Positions 19,766 to 48,264 of a DNA stretch of 64,000 nucleotides are shown here, piece by piece (the stretch's first letter is position 1; every line of letters starts with the position of its first letter). The DNA is taken from positions 124,001-188,000 of the forward strand of contig CATNEN010000006.1 in assembly GCA_950097015.1 (NCBI GenBank). The letters run 5' to 3'. The notes beneath the pieces were generated by a model that saw only the letters and a program-made list of their open reading frames with translations, was not told the DNA's origin and made no database searches. The position numbers and the translations under genes were made by a program. Origin of the DNA: Macrostomum hystrix. Its lineage: Eukaryota > Animalia > Platyhelminthes.

Positions 19766-20431
19766 TCAAACAAGTTGCTTCCATAACTGATCATCCTCAA
19801 GGATTTCAACTAATATTGACATATTGGTGTTCAAATCACGAAGCGGCAGGGAGACTTGCCTAAGACCAGGGTATTCACTTTCCAGCTTGAACAACTTCAT
19901 ATAAAGATTTGCTGACGAAACCTTGAGGTTTACTTGATCAAGAAGGTAGTCAAAATGCTGCTTTCGTGCCTTCTTACCGCTGTTTTTATTACTGGCTTTA
20001 AATGTCAACAAGAGTTTTCCACATTGGATCGCATGATGCAGACCAGTCTTCTGCGACCTTCTCAGACGAAACAGAGCGCACTGCAGACGCTCTACCACAT
20101 CACCGCTTTCATCATCGGCAGGTTTCCCAACATCTGCTTGGGGAATTCGTGAAGCGAGGAGCTTCTGTTTGAAGTCTTCTTTGCGCTTAGCTCGCCGCTC
20201 TGCATCAAGCGCCGCCACGCGATCACTCGCGGCCTTCTTCTGCAGCCGCGTTAGAGTGAGGACTTCCATTTGCAGCGACTCTTCGTTGAGCTTGAAAAAT
20301 GCGGCGATCTTTTGTCGTTTCTGCGCAGCTCTAACTGGATCCTTGATTTCTGCTAAAGTCTCAGATAAGACCTCACATAGGCTCCGTTGCACTGTTTCGC
20401 CAGACAGGTTTATACACCAATCGACATCCAT
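19766..20431 (-). CDS. Accessory ORF (221 aa) with a DUF3102-like helical C-terminal domain, unknown function
   Basis: HAIQCGKLLLTFK...FDYLLDQVNLKVSSANLYMKLFKL recalls the DUF3102 pattern (AIEIGRRL.EAK...S.RTA..YM.L). Family call is from memory only. Confidence 0.5.
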   Translation of the reverse strand: MDVDWCINLSGETVQRSLCEVLSETLAEIKDPVRAAQKRQKIAAFFKLNEESLQMEVLTLTRLQKKAASDRVAALDAERRAKRKEDFKQKLLASRIPQADVGKPADDESGDVVERLQCALFRLRRSQKTGLHHAIQCGKLLLTFKASNKNSGKKARKQHFDYLLDQVNLKVSSANLYMKLFKLESEYPGLRQVSLPLRDLNTNMSILVEILEDDQLWKQLV

Positions 20432-20726
20432 AGATGAAGTAGAAGCTATTACGGTTTCGGTTGAGAAGTGTAAAATAACTTTAGGAAGAGGCGGCGAAAA
20501 GGGCGGGCTGAGCTCACGTTTGTTTTAAGAGCTGACGTTGAGCTCACGTTTGAGCGTATTGGGGGGGGGGGGGGGGTGGAGCCAACTGGGAGTGACTACC
20601 AACACCGCTCGCGCTGTGAACTAAGACAAGAAACAGCTGCCTTACACATTCCGCTCAACATCCACCCGCCACACAGCAAAATATCAAACGCTCGTACGTA
20701 AAATATCGATTTTAATGCAGCGTGTT

Positions 20727-20963
20727 CTATAGCTGCTTAATGATTTCTGCAAAGTTATAGTAGCTGTCGTAGTCCTTTATAATTGCTCCATACTTATGAA
20801 ACCAGTGACTTTGGAGAGCTAGATTAATATTAGGGACATTGATATCGACGTTGGGACAATATTTCTTCATGTACTCGCTGCATTCTCGTTTGCATTGGTA
20901 CTTACTCTTGTAATTAGGCTCATGACTTTTGTAATAAGATCCTGGAGAGACGATTGGGAGCAT
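20727..20963 (-). CDS. Small TIR-encoded ORF, right copy (78 aa)
   Basis: Same ATG context as the left copy; ends IIKQL* with the stop codon just outside the TIR. Confidence 0.45.
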   Translation of the reverse strand: MLPIVSPGSYYKSHEPNYKSKYQCKRECSEYMKKYCPNVDINVPNINLALQSHWFHKYGAIIKDYDSYYNFAEIIKQL

Positions 20964-21422
20964 TTTTAATGAGAATATAATTTTTTTTCGGAGGATGAGC
21001 ACCCTAGGTTTGGGGTCTTGAGTTTGGGGAATGGGATTTTAGTGCTAATTTGATTGTCTTGGCACGCTTTTTGCAGCTTCGCTATTTTGTGCATGATCTC
21101 TTAGGGAGTGGCTGCGATAATTTGTTTTGTCCAAGTTCAGAAACTGGAAAGTATTTTTTTTTTTGGCGGGGGAACCTTGTTCCTTCAGGAAAGGTAATGG
21201 TTTGTGCAATAAGGAGGCTGCGATAATTTTTTGTCCTAGATATTCAACTTACAAACTGATGTGGGATATTAAAAGTAGAGAATTTAGAATATGGAGACGG
21301 AGTTTTTAGAGGGGCGGGGACCCTTTTTTTCCTGATCTCTTCGGGAATAATAAAAGTAATGGTTTGTGGATAATGGAGGCTGCGATTATTTTTGTCCTAG
21401 AAGCCCCCTCTTGCATACTACT
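20731..21422 (-). repeat. Right terminal inverted repeat of the Polinton (692 bp)
   Basis: Reverse complement of 5738-6429. Confidence 0.95.
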
Positions 21423-21760
21423 CCTAATACCTGTAATTCAAAACCTAATACCTGTAATTCAAAGCCTAATACCTGTAATTCAAAGCCTAATACCTGTAAT
21501 TCAAAGCCTAATACCTGTAATTCAAAACCTAATACCTGTAATTCAAAACCTAATACCTGTAATTCAAAGCCTAATACCTGTAATTCAAAGCCAAATACCT
21601 GTAATTCAAAGCCTAATACCTGTAATTCAAAACCTAATACCTGTAATTCAAAGCCCAATACCTGTAATTCAAAGCCTAATACCTGTAATTCGAAGCCTAA
21701 TACCTGTATTTCAAAGCCTAATACCTGTAATTCAAAGCCTAATACCTGTAATTCAAAGCC
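21423..21760. repeat. 21-bp minisatellite, right part (about 16 units)
   Basis: Continues the 5065-5737 array after the TSD. Confidence 0.97.
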
Positions 21761-21789
21761 CACTACATGCACTCATCTGCTATTCAGAG

Positions 21790-22390
21790 CCCTCACCTGC
21801 TAGACAGAGCCCTCTTCTGTTAGACTGAGCCCTCATCTGTTAGACAGAGCCCTCATCTGTTAGACCGAGTCCTCACCTGTTAGACAGAGCCCTCATCTGT
21901 TAGACAGAGCCCTCATCTGTTAGACCGAGTCCTCACCTGTTAGACAGAGCCCTCATCTGTTAGACAGAGCCCTCATCTGTTAGACCGAGTCCTCACCTGT
22001 TAGACAGAGCCCTCATCTGTTAGACAGAGCCCTCATCTGTTAGACAGAGCCCTCATCTGTTGGACAGAGCCCTCACCTGTTAGACAGAGCCCTCATCTGT
22101 TAGACAGAGCCCTCATCTGTTAGACAGAGCCCTCATCTGTTAGACAGAGCCCTCATCTGTTAGACAGAGCCCTCTTCTGTTAGACAGAGCCCTCACCTGT
22201 TAGACAGAGCCCTCTTCTGTTAGACAGAGCCCTCATCTGTTAGACCGAGTCCTCACGTGTTAGACAGAGCCCTCTTCTGTTAGACAGAGCCCTCATCTGT
22301 TAGACAGAGCCCTCACCTGTTAGACAGAGCCCTCACCTGTTAGACAGAGCCCTCACCTGTTAGACAGAGCCCTCATCTGTTAAACAGAGC
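21790..22390. repeat. 20-bp minisatellite (TAGACAGAGCCCTCATCTGT), about 30 copies; partial copy at 29148-29588
   Basis: Periodicity is visible directly. Confidence 0.95.
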
Positions 22391-23048
22391 AATGAAATTC
22401 AGTTACAAGGACAATTTTGACACAAAGTCAAATAAAACATTCACAAGAACTGTCATTTTTGCGATGAAGGTTGTGACAGAACACAAAAAGCATCACACAG
22501 GATATGCTCAGCTGATTAATTAACTTTTTATTTTTTCGTACGTCTAAAACTTATTCCGCTAAAAGTACACAGATATGGGTTTAAATATATATTCAAAATA
22601 TAAGCGATTAGAATGTAACGGAAATATTATCCAATAAAATTTGGTGAACAAAAAAGTATTATTCATAATTTTGCATTTATGAAAACAAAGCACAAAAAAA
22701 TTCTGTGGTGTTAAAAATAAATATTTGCTTGTCGTGTTACTATTCGGACAAAATCGGATAATCCACTAAATGTCAAGGATCAAAAGTATTGCACGACATG
22801 AAGTATTTAAAATGTAATTTCTAATAATTTCTAATATTAAGAAATAATAAATAACTAAATTCTGAACAAACAGACTAGACTAGAAAACTAATTCAAAGCA
22901 GGCTGCAGGATAATACTCGTATTTTCAAATTGTGATAAGAAAATACATAAAAAGACCAGCTTGTCTTCATTAATAGACTGTGACTGTATATTATATAATA
23001 TTAAATTAGAAAATATTCTCTAGTTTTCGTTTGGAGGTGGACTCGTTG

Positions 23049-24145
23049 CACTGATGACTCATCAATCTGCTAGCATTGAATCTCTCCCCGTGAATGTACA
23101 AGTGTACACTGATGACTCATCAATCTGCTAGCATTGAATCTCTCCCCGTGAATGTACAAGTGTACACTGATGACTCATCAATCTGCTAGCATTGAATCTC
23201 TCCCCGTGAATGTACAAGTGTACACTGATGACTCATCAATCTGCTAGCATTGAATCTCTCCCCGTGAATGTACAAGTGTACACTGATGACTCATCAATCT
23301 GCTAGCATTGAATCTCTGTCCGTGAATGTACAAGTGTACACTGATGACTCATCAATCTGCTAGCATTGAATCTCTCCCCGTGAATGTACAAGTATACACT
23401 GATGACTCATCAATCGGCTAGCATTGAACCTCTCCCCGTGAATGTACAAGTGTACACTGATGACTCATCAATCTGCTAGCATTGAATCTCTCCCCGTGAA
23501 TGTACAAGTATACACTGATGACTCATCAATCTGCTAGCATTGAACCTCTCCCCGTGAATGTACAAGTGTACACTGATGACTCATCAATCTGCTAGCATTG
23601 AATCTCTGTCCGTGAATGTACAAGTGTACACTGATGACTCATCAATCTGCTAGCATTGAATCTCTGTCCGTGAATGTACAAGTGTACACTGATGACTCAT
23701 CAATCTGCTAGCATTGAATCTCTCCCCGTGAATGTACAAGTGTACACTGATGACTCATCAATCTGCTAGCATTGAATCTCTCCCCGTGAATGTACAAGTG
23801 TACACTGATGACTCATCAATCTGCTAGCATTGAACCTCTCCCCGTGAATGTACAAGTGTACACTGATGACTCATCAATCTGCTAGCATTGAATCTCTCCC
23901 CGTGAATGTACAAGTGTACACTGATGACTCATCAATCTGCTAGCATTGAATCTCTCCCCGTGAATGTACAAGTGTACACTGATGACTCATCAATCTGCTA
24001 GCATTGAATCTCTCCCCGTGAATGTACAAGTGTACACTGATGACTCATCAATCTGCTAGCATTGAATCTCTCCCCGTGAATGTACAAGTGTACACTGATG
24101 ACTCATCAATCTGCTAGCATTAAATCTCTGTCCGTGAATGTACAC
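23049..24145. repeat. 58-bp tandem repeat, about 19 copies, each containing TGATGACTCATCA; duplicate at 30247-31343
   Basis: 58-bp period measured from 23049 to 23107; there are no unique spacers. Confidence 0.95.
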
Positions 24146-24594
24146 TCATGTCTCATGGCTAATGTCGAAACCATTGTCAACAAATTTGCTTTGATGAATC
24201 AGTGAAGTAAAGTTTTAGTTAACGTTATTATCAGTTTCACAACGAAAAATAAGAAATAATGATATAATTGTCGGTGGTTATGCAAAAGCAAACGAGACAA
24301 ATGCACGACAAATATTTGACGAAAAGCTTTTACGATTAATCGCTTTAGCGACGAAAAAATGTTTCTTGAAATACAATTTTAACGTTTCGCTACGACATGA
24401 TAAGCATTGAGTGTATAACAAGCTGCAGAAACTAGAAACTGACAGAGATAAACATGTTTGTTATAATATACGAGCCATATCAGTTCCACTTTCCAACACA
24501 AAAATAGCATCGAATGACCAACGAACTCATCTTTAAACTGAAAAAGAAAATTTAAAACAGACTTGCAATTTTCTCTTAAAAACCCTCTTGAAGG

Positions 24595-27500
24595 TCACTG
24601 CGGCAACGTCTTCAGGACGTTGTGCACCTCCTCAGCGATAGCCGATACAACGAACTCAAACTGGTCCTGTTATGAATGAAGTGAAAGGTTTACAGTAACA
24701 TGCCTGCTGTGCTGAGTGAGGATTGCTGTGCTGAATGAGGATTGCTGTGCTGAATGAGGATTGCTGTGCTGAATGAGGATTGCTGTGCTGAATGAGGATT
24801 GCAGTGCTGAATGAGGATTGCTGTGCCGAATGAGGATTGCTGTGCTGAGTGAGGATTGCTGTGCTGAATGAGGATTGCTGTGCTGAATGAGGATTGCAGT
24901 GCTGAATGAGGGAGGTTACAGTACTGAATGAGGGAGGTTGCAGTACTGAATGAGGGAGGTTGCAGTACTGAATGAGGAAGATTGTAGTACTGAATGAGGA
25001 GATTGTAGTACTGAATGAGGGAGATTGCAGTACTGAATGAGGGAGATTGCAGTACTGAATGAGGGAGATTGCAGTACTGAATTAGGAGGTTGCAGTACTG
25101 AATGAGGAGATTGCAGTACTGAATGAGGGAGGTTGCAGTACTGAATGAGGGAGGTTGCAGTACTGAATGAGGGAGATTGCAGTACTGAATAAGGAGGTTG
25201 CAGTGCTGAATGAGGAGGTTGTAGTACTGAATGAGGAGGTTGTAGTACTGAATGAGGAGGTTGTAGTACTGAATTAGGAGGTGGCAGTACTGAATGAGGG
25301 AGATTGCAGTACTGAATGAGGGAGATTGCAGTACTGAATGAGGGAGATTGCAGTACTGAATGAGGGAGATTGCAGTACTGAATGAGGGAGATTGCAGTAC
25401 TGAATGAGGGAGATTGCAGTACTGAATGAGGGAGATTGCAGTACTGAATTAGGAGGTTGCAGTACTGAATGAGGAGATTGCAGTACTGAATGAGGGAGAT
25501 TGCAGTACTGAATGAGGAGGTTGCAGTGCTGAATGAGGAGATTGTAGTACTGAATGAGGGAGGTTGTAGTACTGAATGAGGAGGTTGTAGTACTGAATGA
25601 GGAGGTTGTAGTACTGAATGAGGGAGGTTGTACTACTGATTGTGAGTGTAAATGTCTTAAAGTACTTCGCAGGCTCACCCGAGTCTTCACCAGTCCAGGC
25701 CTTTGATCCCGCAGGTGTTCGAGGCTGGCGGCCAGGTCGATCTCCTTGACGCCCTTGGCGATGCGGGCGAGTGCAAGGTCCAGCAGGCAGTAGGTGCCTG
25801 AACGGCCGCAGCCGTCGCTGCAGTGAATCACCAGAGGCGAGGTGCGGCCTTTGAAGGACTTGTTCACCTTGCTGCGGGTGTGACAGGCGGTGGATGAGTC
25901 TATCAGCGAAAAAATATAATAATGAAAAAATAGAGTTAAAAATGTGAATATTACAGTAACCATGGATCAACTGGGATAAACCTGAGTCATCCGGGGATAA
26001 ACCTGGGTCAACTGGATTAAACCAGGATCAACTAGGATAAAACTGGGCCAACTAGGATAAACCTGGGTCAACTAGGATAAACCTGGGTCATCCGGGGATA
26101 AACCTGGGTCATCCGGTGATAAACCTGGGTCAACTGGGATAAACCTGGGTCAACTAGGATAACTGGGTCAACTGGGATAAACCTGGGTCATCCGGGGATA
26201 AACCTGGATCAACTGGGATAAACCTGGGTCAACTAGGATAAACCTGGGTCAACTGGAATAAACCTGGGTCATCCGGGGATGAACCTGGGTCAGCCATCTC
26301 ACCGACGGAAGTCCAGCAGAGCCTTGGCACTGCGCGGCAGGCCGGCCTCCTCCCAGGTGAGGAAGTGAAACATGGTGACGGTGCGCGCCTCGCCACTGTC
26401 CAAATTCTTCAGGTAGAAGTTGCGCACCAGAAAGTCTTCGAACCAGACGTGCTCGGAAACCAGGTGGACCTGGGTTGTAGCAAACAAGGGAAATCTGTGA
26501 ACAGGGGATATCTGTGAACAGCGAAATCTGTGAACGGGGGAAATCTGTGAACGGGGGACATCTATGAACAGGGGAAATCTGTGAGCAGGGGAAATCTGTG
26601 AACAAGGGACATTTATGAACAGGGGAAATCTGTGAACAAGGGAAATCTGTGAACATGGGAAATCTGTGAGCAGGGGAAATCTGTGAACAAGGGACATTTA
26701 TGAAGAGGGGAAATCTGTGAACAGATGAAATCTGTGAACGGGGGAAATCTGTGAACGGGGGAAATCTGTGAACAGGGGAAATCAGTGCACAGGGGAAATC
26801 TGTGAACAAGGGAAATCTGTGAACAAGGGAAATCTGTGAACGGGGAACATCTGTGAACAGGGGAAATCTGTGAGCAGGGAAAATCTGTGAACAAGGGAAA
26901 TCTGTGAACAAGGGAAATCTGTGAACGGGGGACATCTGTGAACAAGGGAAATCTGTGAACAAGGGAAATCTGTGAACAGGGGAAATCTGTGAACAAGGGA
27001 AATCTTTGAACAAGGGAAATCTGTGAACAAGGGAAATCTGTGAACAAGGGAAATCTGTGAACAGGGGAAATCTGTGAACAAGGGAAATCTGTGAACGGGG
27101 GAAATCTGTGAACAAGGGAGATCTGTGAACAGGGAGATCTGTGAACAAGGGACATCTGTGAACAAGGGAAATCTGTGAAAAAGGGAGATCTGTGAACAAG
27201 GGACATCTGTGAACAGGGGAAATCTGTGAAAGGAGGAGTATATAAAATATTGAATCCTGTAGCACATAATCTAATAAAGCGGTGTTGAATCGCACCTCAA
27301 ACCTGTTGAACAGCTTGGAGCCCTCAGCCGGCCAGTACATGACGCTCTGTTCATTAGCGCCAACACTGGCCAGGTTCACGATCGTCACGGAGCAGCACTC
27401 CCACAGCATCTGCCAGAAGTCGGCAGCTGTTGAATCCGTGGGTCCCTGGGCCAGGATGTAGGCCTTAACCCTCGGGTCGGAGTCGTAGATGTAGCTGGCG

Positions 27501-29046
27501 TTGATGTAGTCTCCGCCAGTTGCGTTCAGTTCGCGCTTCAGTATCACCCGTGAATGGTCGTCTGCGCCCGAAAATGACAATAGAAGCCTTTTTAAGAGCT
27601 ACTGACAGTAGTTAAGGAAGATTACCAACCTAATTCTTGCATTCTTGGGTTAGCAAGAAAAATTAAACAATTAGTTGTCGCTATGCTCACAGACCCAGTG
27701 TAGTTAACCAAATTGAAAATCACAGATTATACGAGTAAAAATGACCCTAAAAACGTTTCACTCACACGGCAGAAGGTCCTGGAATCGATTCTTGGCCGCA
27801 TTCTCCGGGGTAGCGCCAGCGATAGATGAGCTCTGTTCGGCCTCGTATGAGCACAGATCGGCCCATTCCTGCTCAAGCTTCTCCTTGCTACTCAGATAGT
27901 TCTCCATGTAACTCTGGGTTCGGCGGTGTGTGGGATCTCGTCTGTTCATGTGTGGGATCTCGTCTGTTCATGTGTGGGATCTCGTCTGTTCATGTGTGGG
28001 ATCTCGTTTGTTCATGTGTGGGATATTGTCTGTTCATGTGTGGGATCCCGTCTGTTCATGTGTGGGATCTCGTCTGTTCATGTGTGGGATCTCGTCTGTT
28101 CATGTGTGGGATCTCGTCTGTTCATGTGTGGGATCTCGTTTGTTCATGTGTGGGATATTGTCTGTTCATGTGTGGGATCCCGTCTGTTCATGTGTGGGAT
28201 CTCGTCTGTTCATGTGTGGGATCTCGTCTGTTCATGTGTGGGATCTCGTCTGTTCATGGGTGGGATCTCTTCTGTTCATGTGTGGGATATCGTCTGTTCA
28301 TGTGTGGGATCTCGTCTGTTCATGTGTGGGATCTCGACTGTTCATGTGTGGGATCTCGTCTGTTCATGTGTGGGATCTCGTCTGTTCATGGGTGGGATCT
28401 CTTCTGTTCATGTGTGGGATATCGTCTGTTCATGTGTGGGATCTCGACTGTTCATGTGTGGGATCTCGTCTGTTCATGTGTGGGATCTCGTCTGTTCATG
28501 GGTGGGATCTCTTCTGTTCATGTGTGGGATATCGTCTGTTCATGTGTGGGATCTCGTCTGTTCATGTGTGGGATATCGTCTGTTCATGTGTGGGATCTTG
28601 TCTGTTCATGTGTGGGATCTCGTCTGTTCATGGGTGGGATCTCTTCTGTTCATGTGTGGGATATCGTCTGTTCATGTGTGGGATCTTGTCTGTTCATGTG
28701 TGGGATCTCGTCTGTTCATGGGTGGGATCTCTTCTGTTCATGTGTGGGATCTTGTCTGTTCATGTGTGGGATCTCGTCTGTTCATGGGTGGGATCTCTTC
28801 TGTTCATGTGTGGGATATCGTCTGTTCATGTGTGGGATCTCGTCTGTTCATGTGTGGGATCTCGTCTGTTCATGTGTGGGATCTCGTCTGTTCATGTGTG
28901 GGATCTCGTCTGTTCATGTGTGGGATCCCGTCTGTTCATGTGTGGGATTTCGTGGGCATTGGTGGGCACAATTGGCAACCAGAGGACTCACCAGAATGAG
29001 GTGTCCAGTAGTAATATCCATGTCAGTTGTGATTGGGTCATCACTC
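24595..29046 (-). pseudogene. PTPRN: Duplicated 3' half of the IA-2/PTPRN gene (exons 10-15, no promoter or 5' exons of its own)
   Basis: Exons 28992-29046, 27766-27913, 27296-27561, 26303-26469, 25679-25871 and 24595-24666 are identical to the proximal copy. Confidence 0.8.
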
Positions 29047-31793
29047 CTGTTCAATTGTGGAGAAGGTCAATTGATAAGTCTTTGAGAAAAATGTGCGAAA
29101 AAGTGTTAATTAAAATAATCAGACACTTCATTAACACTCGTAGAGAGCCCTCATCTGTTAGACAGAGCCCTCATCTGTTAGACCGAGTCCTCACCTGTTA
29201 GACAGAGCCCTCATCTGTTAGACAGAGCCCTCATCTGTTAGACAGAGCCCTCATCTGTTGGACAGAGCCCTCACCTGTTAGACAGAGCCCTCATCTGTTA
29301 GACAGAGCCCTCATCTGTTAGACAGAGCCCTCATCTGTTAGACAGAGCCCTCATCTGTTAGACAGAGCCCTCTTCTGTTAGACAGAGCCCTCACCTGTTA
29401 GACAGAGCCCTCTTCTGTTAGACAGAGCCCTCATCTGTTAGACCGAGTCCTCACGTGTTAGACAGAGCCCTCTTCTGTTAGACAGAGCCCTCATCTGTTA
29501 GACAGAGCCCTCACCTGTTAGACAGAGCCCTCACCTGTTAGACAGAGCCCTCACCTGTTAGACAGAGCCCTCATCTGTTAAACAGAGCAATGAAATTCAG
29601 TTACAAGGACAATTTTGACACAAAGTCAAATAAAACATTCACAAGAACTGTCATTTTTGCGATGAAGGTTGTGACAGAACACAAAAAGCATCACACAGGA
29701 TATGCTCAGCTGATTAATTAACTTTTTATTTTTTCGTACGTCTAAAACTTATTCCGCTAAAAGTACACAGATATGGGTTTAAATATATATTCAAAATATA
29801 AGCGATTAGAATGTAACGGAAATATTATCCAATAAAATTTGGTGAACAAAAAAGTATTATTCATAATTTTGCATTTATGAAAACAAAGCACAAAAAAATT
29901 CTGTGGTGTTAAAAATAAATATTTGCTTGTCGTGTTACTATTCGGACAAAATCGGATAATCCACTAAATGTCAAGGATCAAAAGTATTGCACGACATGAA
30001 GTATTTAAAATGTAATTTCTAATAATTTCTAATATTAAGAAATAATAAATAACTAAATTCTGAACAAACAGACTAGACTAGAAAACTAATTCAAAGCAGG
30101 CTGCAGGATAATACTCGTATTTTCAAATTGTGATAAGAAAATACATAAAAAGACCAGCTTGTCTTCATTAATAGACTGTGACTGTATATTATATAATATT
30201 AAATTAGAAAATATTCTCTAGTTTTCGTTTGGAGGTGGACTCGTTGCACTGATGACTCATCAATCTGCTAGCATTGAATCTCTCCCCGTGAATGTACAAG
30301 TGTACACTGATGACTCATCAATCTGCTAGCATTGAATCTCTCCCCGTGAATGTACAAGTGTACACTGATGACTCATCAATCTGCTAGCATTGAATCTCTC
30401 CCCGTGAATGTACAAGTGTACACTGATGACTCATCAATCTGCTAGCATTGAATCTCTCCCCGTGAATGTACAAGTGTACACTGATGACTCATCAATCTGC
30501 TAGCATTGAATCTCTGTCCGTGAATGTACAAGTGTACACTGATGACTCATCAATCTGCTAGCATTGAATCTCTCCCCGTGAATGTACAAGTATACACTGA
30601 TGACTCATCAATCGGCTAGCATTGAACCTCTCCCCGTGAATGTACAAGTGTACACTGATGACTCATCAATCTGCTAGCATTGAATCTCTCCCCGTGAATG
30701 TACAAGTATACACTGATGACTCATCAATCTGCTAGCATTGAACCTCTCCCCGTGAATGTACAAGTGTACACTGATGACTCATCAATCTGCTAGCATTGAA
30801 TCTCTGTCCGTGAATGTACAAGTGTACACTGATGACTCATCAATCTGCTAGCATTGAATCTCTGTCCGTGAATGTACAAGTGTACACTGATGACTCATCA
30901 ATCTGCTAGCATTGAATCTCTCCCCGTGAATGTACAAGTGTACACTGATGACTCATCAATCTGCTAGCATTGAATCTCTCCCCGTGAATGTACAAGTGTA
31001 CACTGATGACTCATCAATCTGCTAGCATTGAACCTCTCCCCGTGAATGTACAAGTGTACACTGATGACTCATCAATCTGCTAGCATTGAATCTCTCCCCG
31101 TGAATGTACAAGTGTACACTGATGACTCATCAATCTGCTAGCATTGAATCTCTCCCCGTGAATGTACAAGTGTACACTGATGACTCATCAATCTGCTAGC
31201 ATTGAATCTCTCCCCGTGAATGTACAAGTGTACACTGATGACTCATCAATCTGCTAGCATTGAATCTCTCCCCGTGAATGTACAAGTGTACACTGATGAC
31301 TCATCAATCTGCTAGCATTAAATCTCTGTCCGTGAATGTACACTCATGTCTCATGGCTAATGTCGAAACCATTGTCAACAAATTTGCTTTGATGAATCAG
31401 TGAAGTAAAGTTTTAGTTAACGTTATTATCAGTTTCACAACGAAAAATAAGAAATAATGATATAATTGTCGGTGGTTATGCAAAAGCAAACGAGACAAAT
31501 GCACGACAAATATTTGACGAAAAGCTTTTACGATTAATCGCTTTAGCGACGAAAAAAATGTTTCTTGAAATACAATTTTAACGTTTCGCTACGACATGAT
31601 AAGCATTGAGTGTATAACAAGCTGCAGAAACTAGAAACTGACAGAGATAAACATGTTTGTTATAATATACGAGCCATATCAGTTCCACTTTCCAACACAA
31701 AAATAGCATCGAATGACCAACGAACTCATCTTTAAACTGAAAAAGAAAATTTAAAACAGACTTGCAATTTTCTCTTAAAAACCCTCTTGAAGG

Positions 31794-48264
<16,471 letters not shown>

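Larger units (their letters stand above)
5738..21422. mobile_element. Complete Polinton/Maverick (adintovirus-type endogenous dsDNA virus), 15,685 bp
   Basis: Termini 5'-AGTAGTATGCAAGAGGGGGC...GCCCCCTCTTGCATACTACT-3'; 6-bp TSD CCTAAT at 5732-5737 and 21423-21428; 692-bp TIRs; carries pPolB, rve integrase, packaging ATPase, adenain protease and two capsid genes. Confidence 0.97.

Noticed and set aside
7439-20528. Antisense or overlapping ORFs inside the Polinton (e.g. 7895-8611, 8686-8898, 15450-15761, 18568-18927, 20169-20528)
   Set aside because: They shadow recognisable genes on the other strand or frame and lack motifs and the element's start context.
23049-24145. CRISPR-like appearance of the 58-bp array (and the 38-bp array at 19074)
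   Set aside because: Units are contiguous with no unique spacers, there are no cas genes, and the context is eukaryotic.
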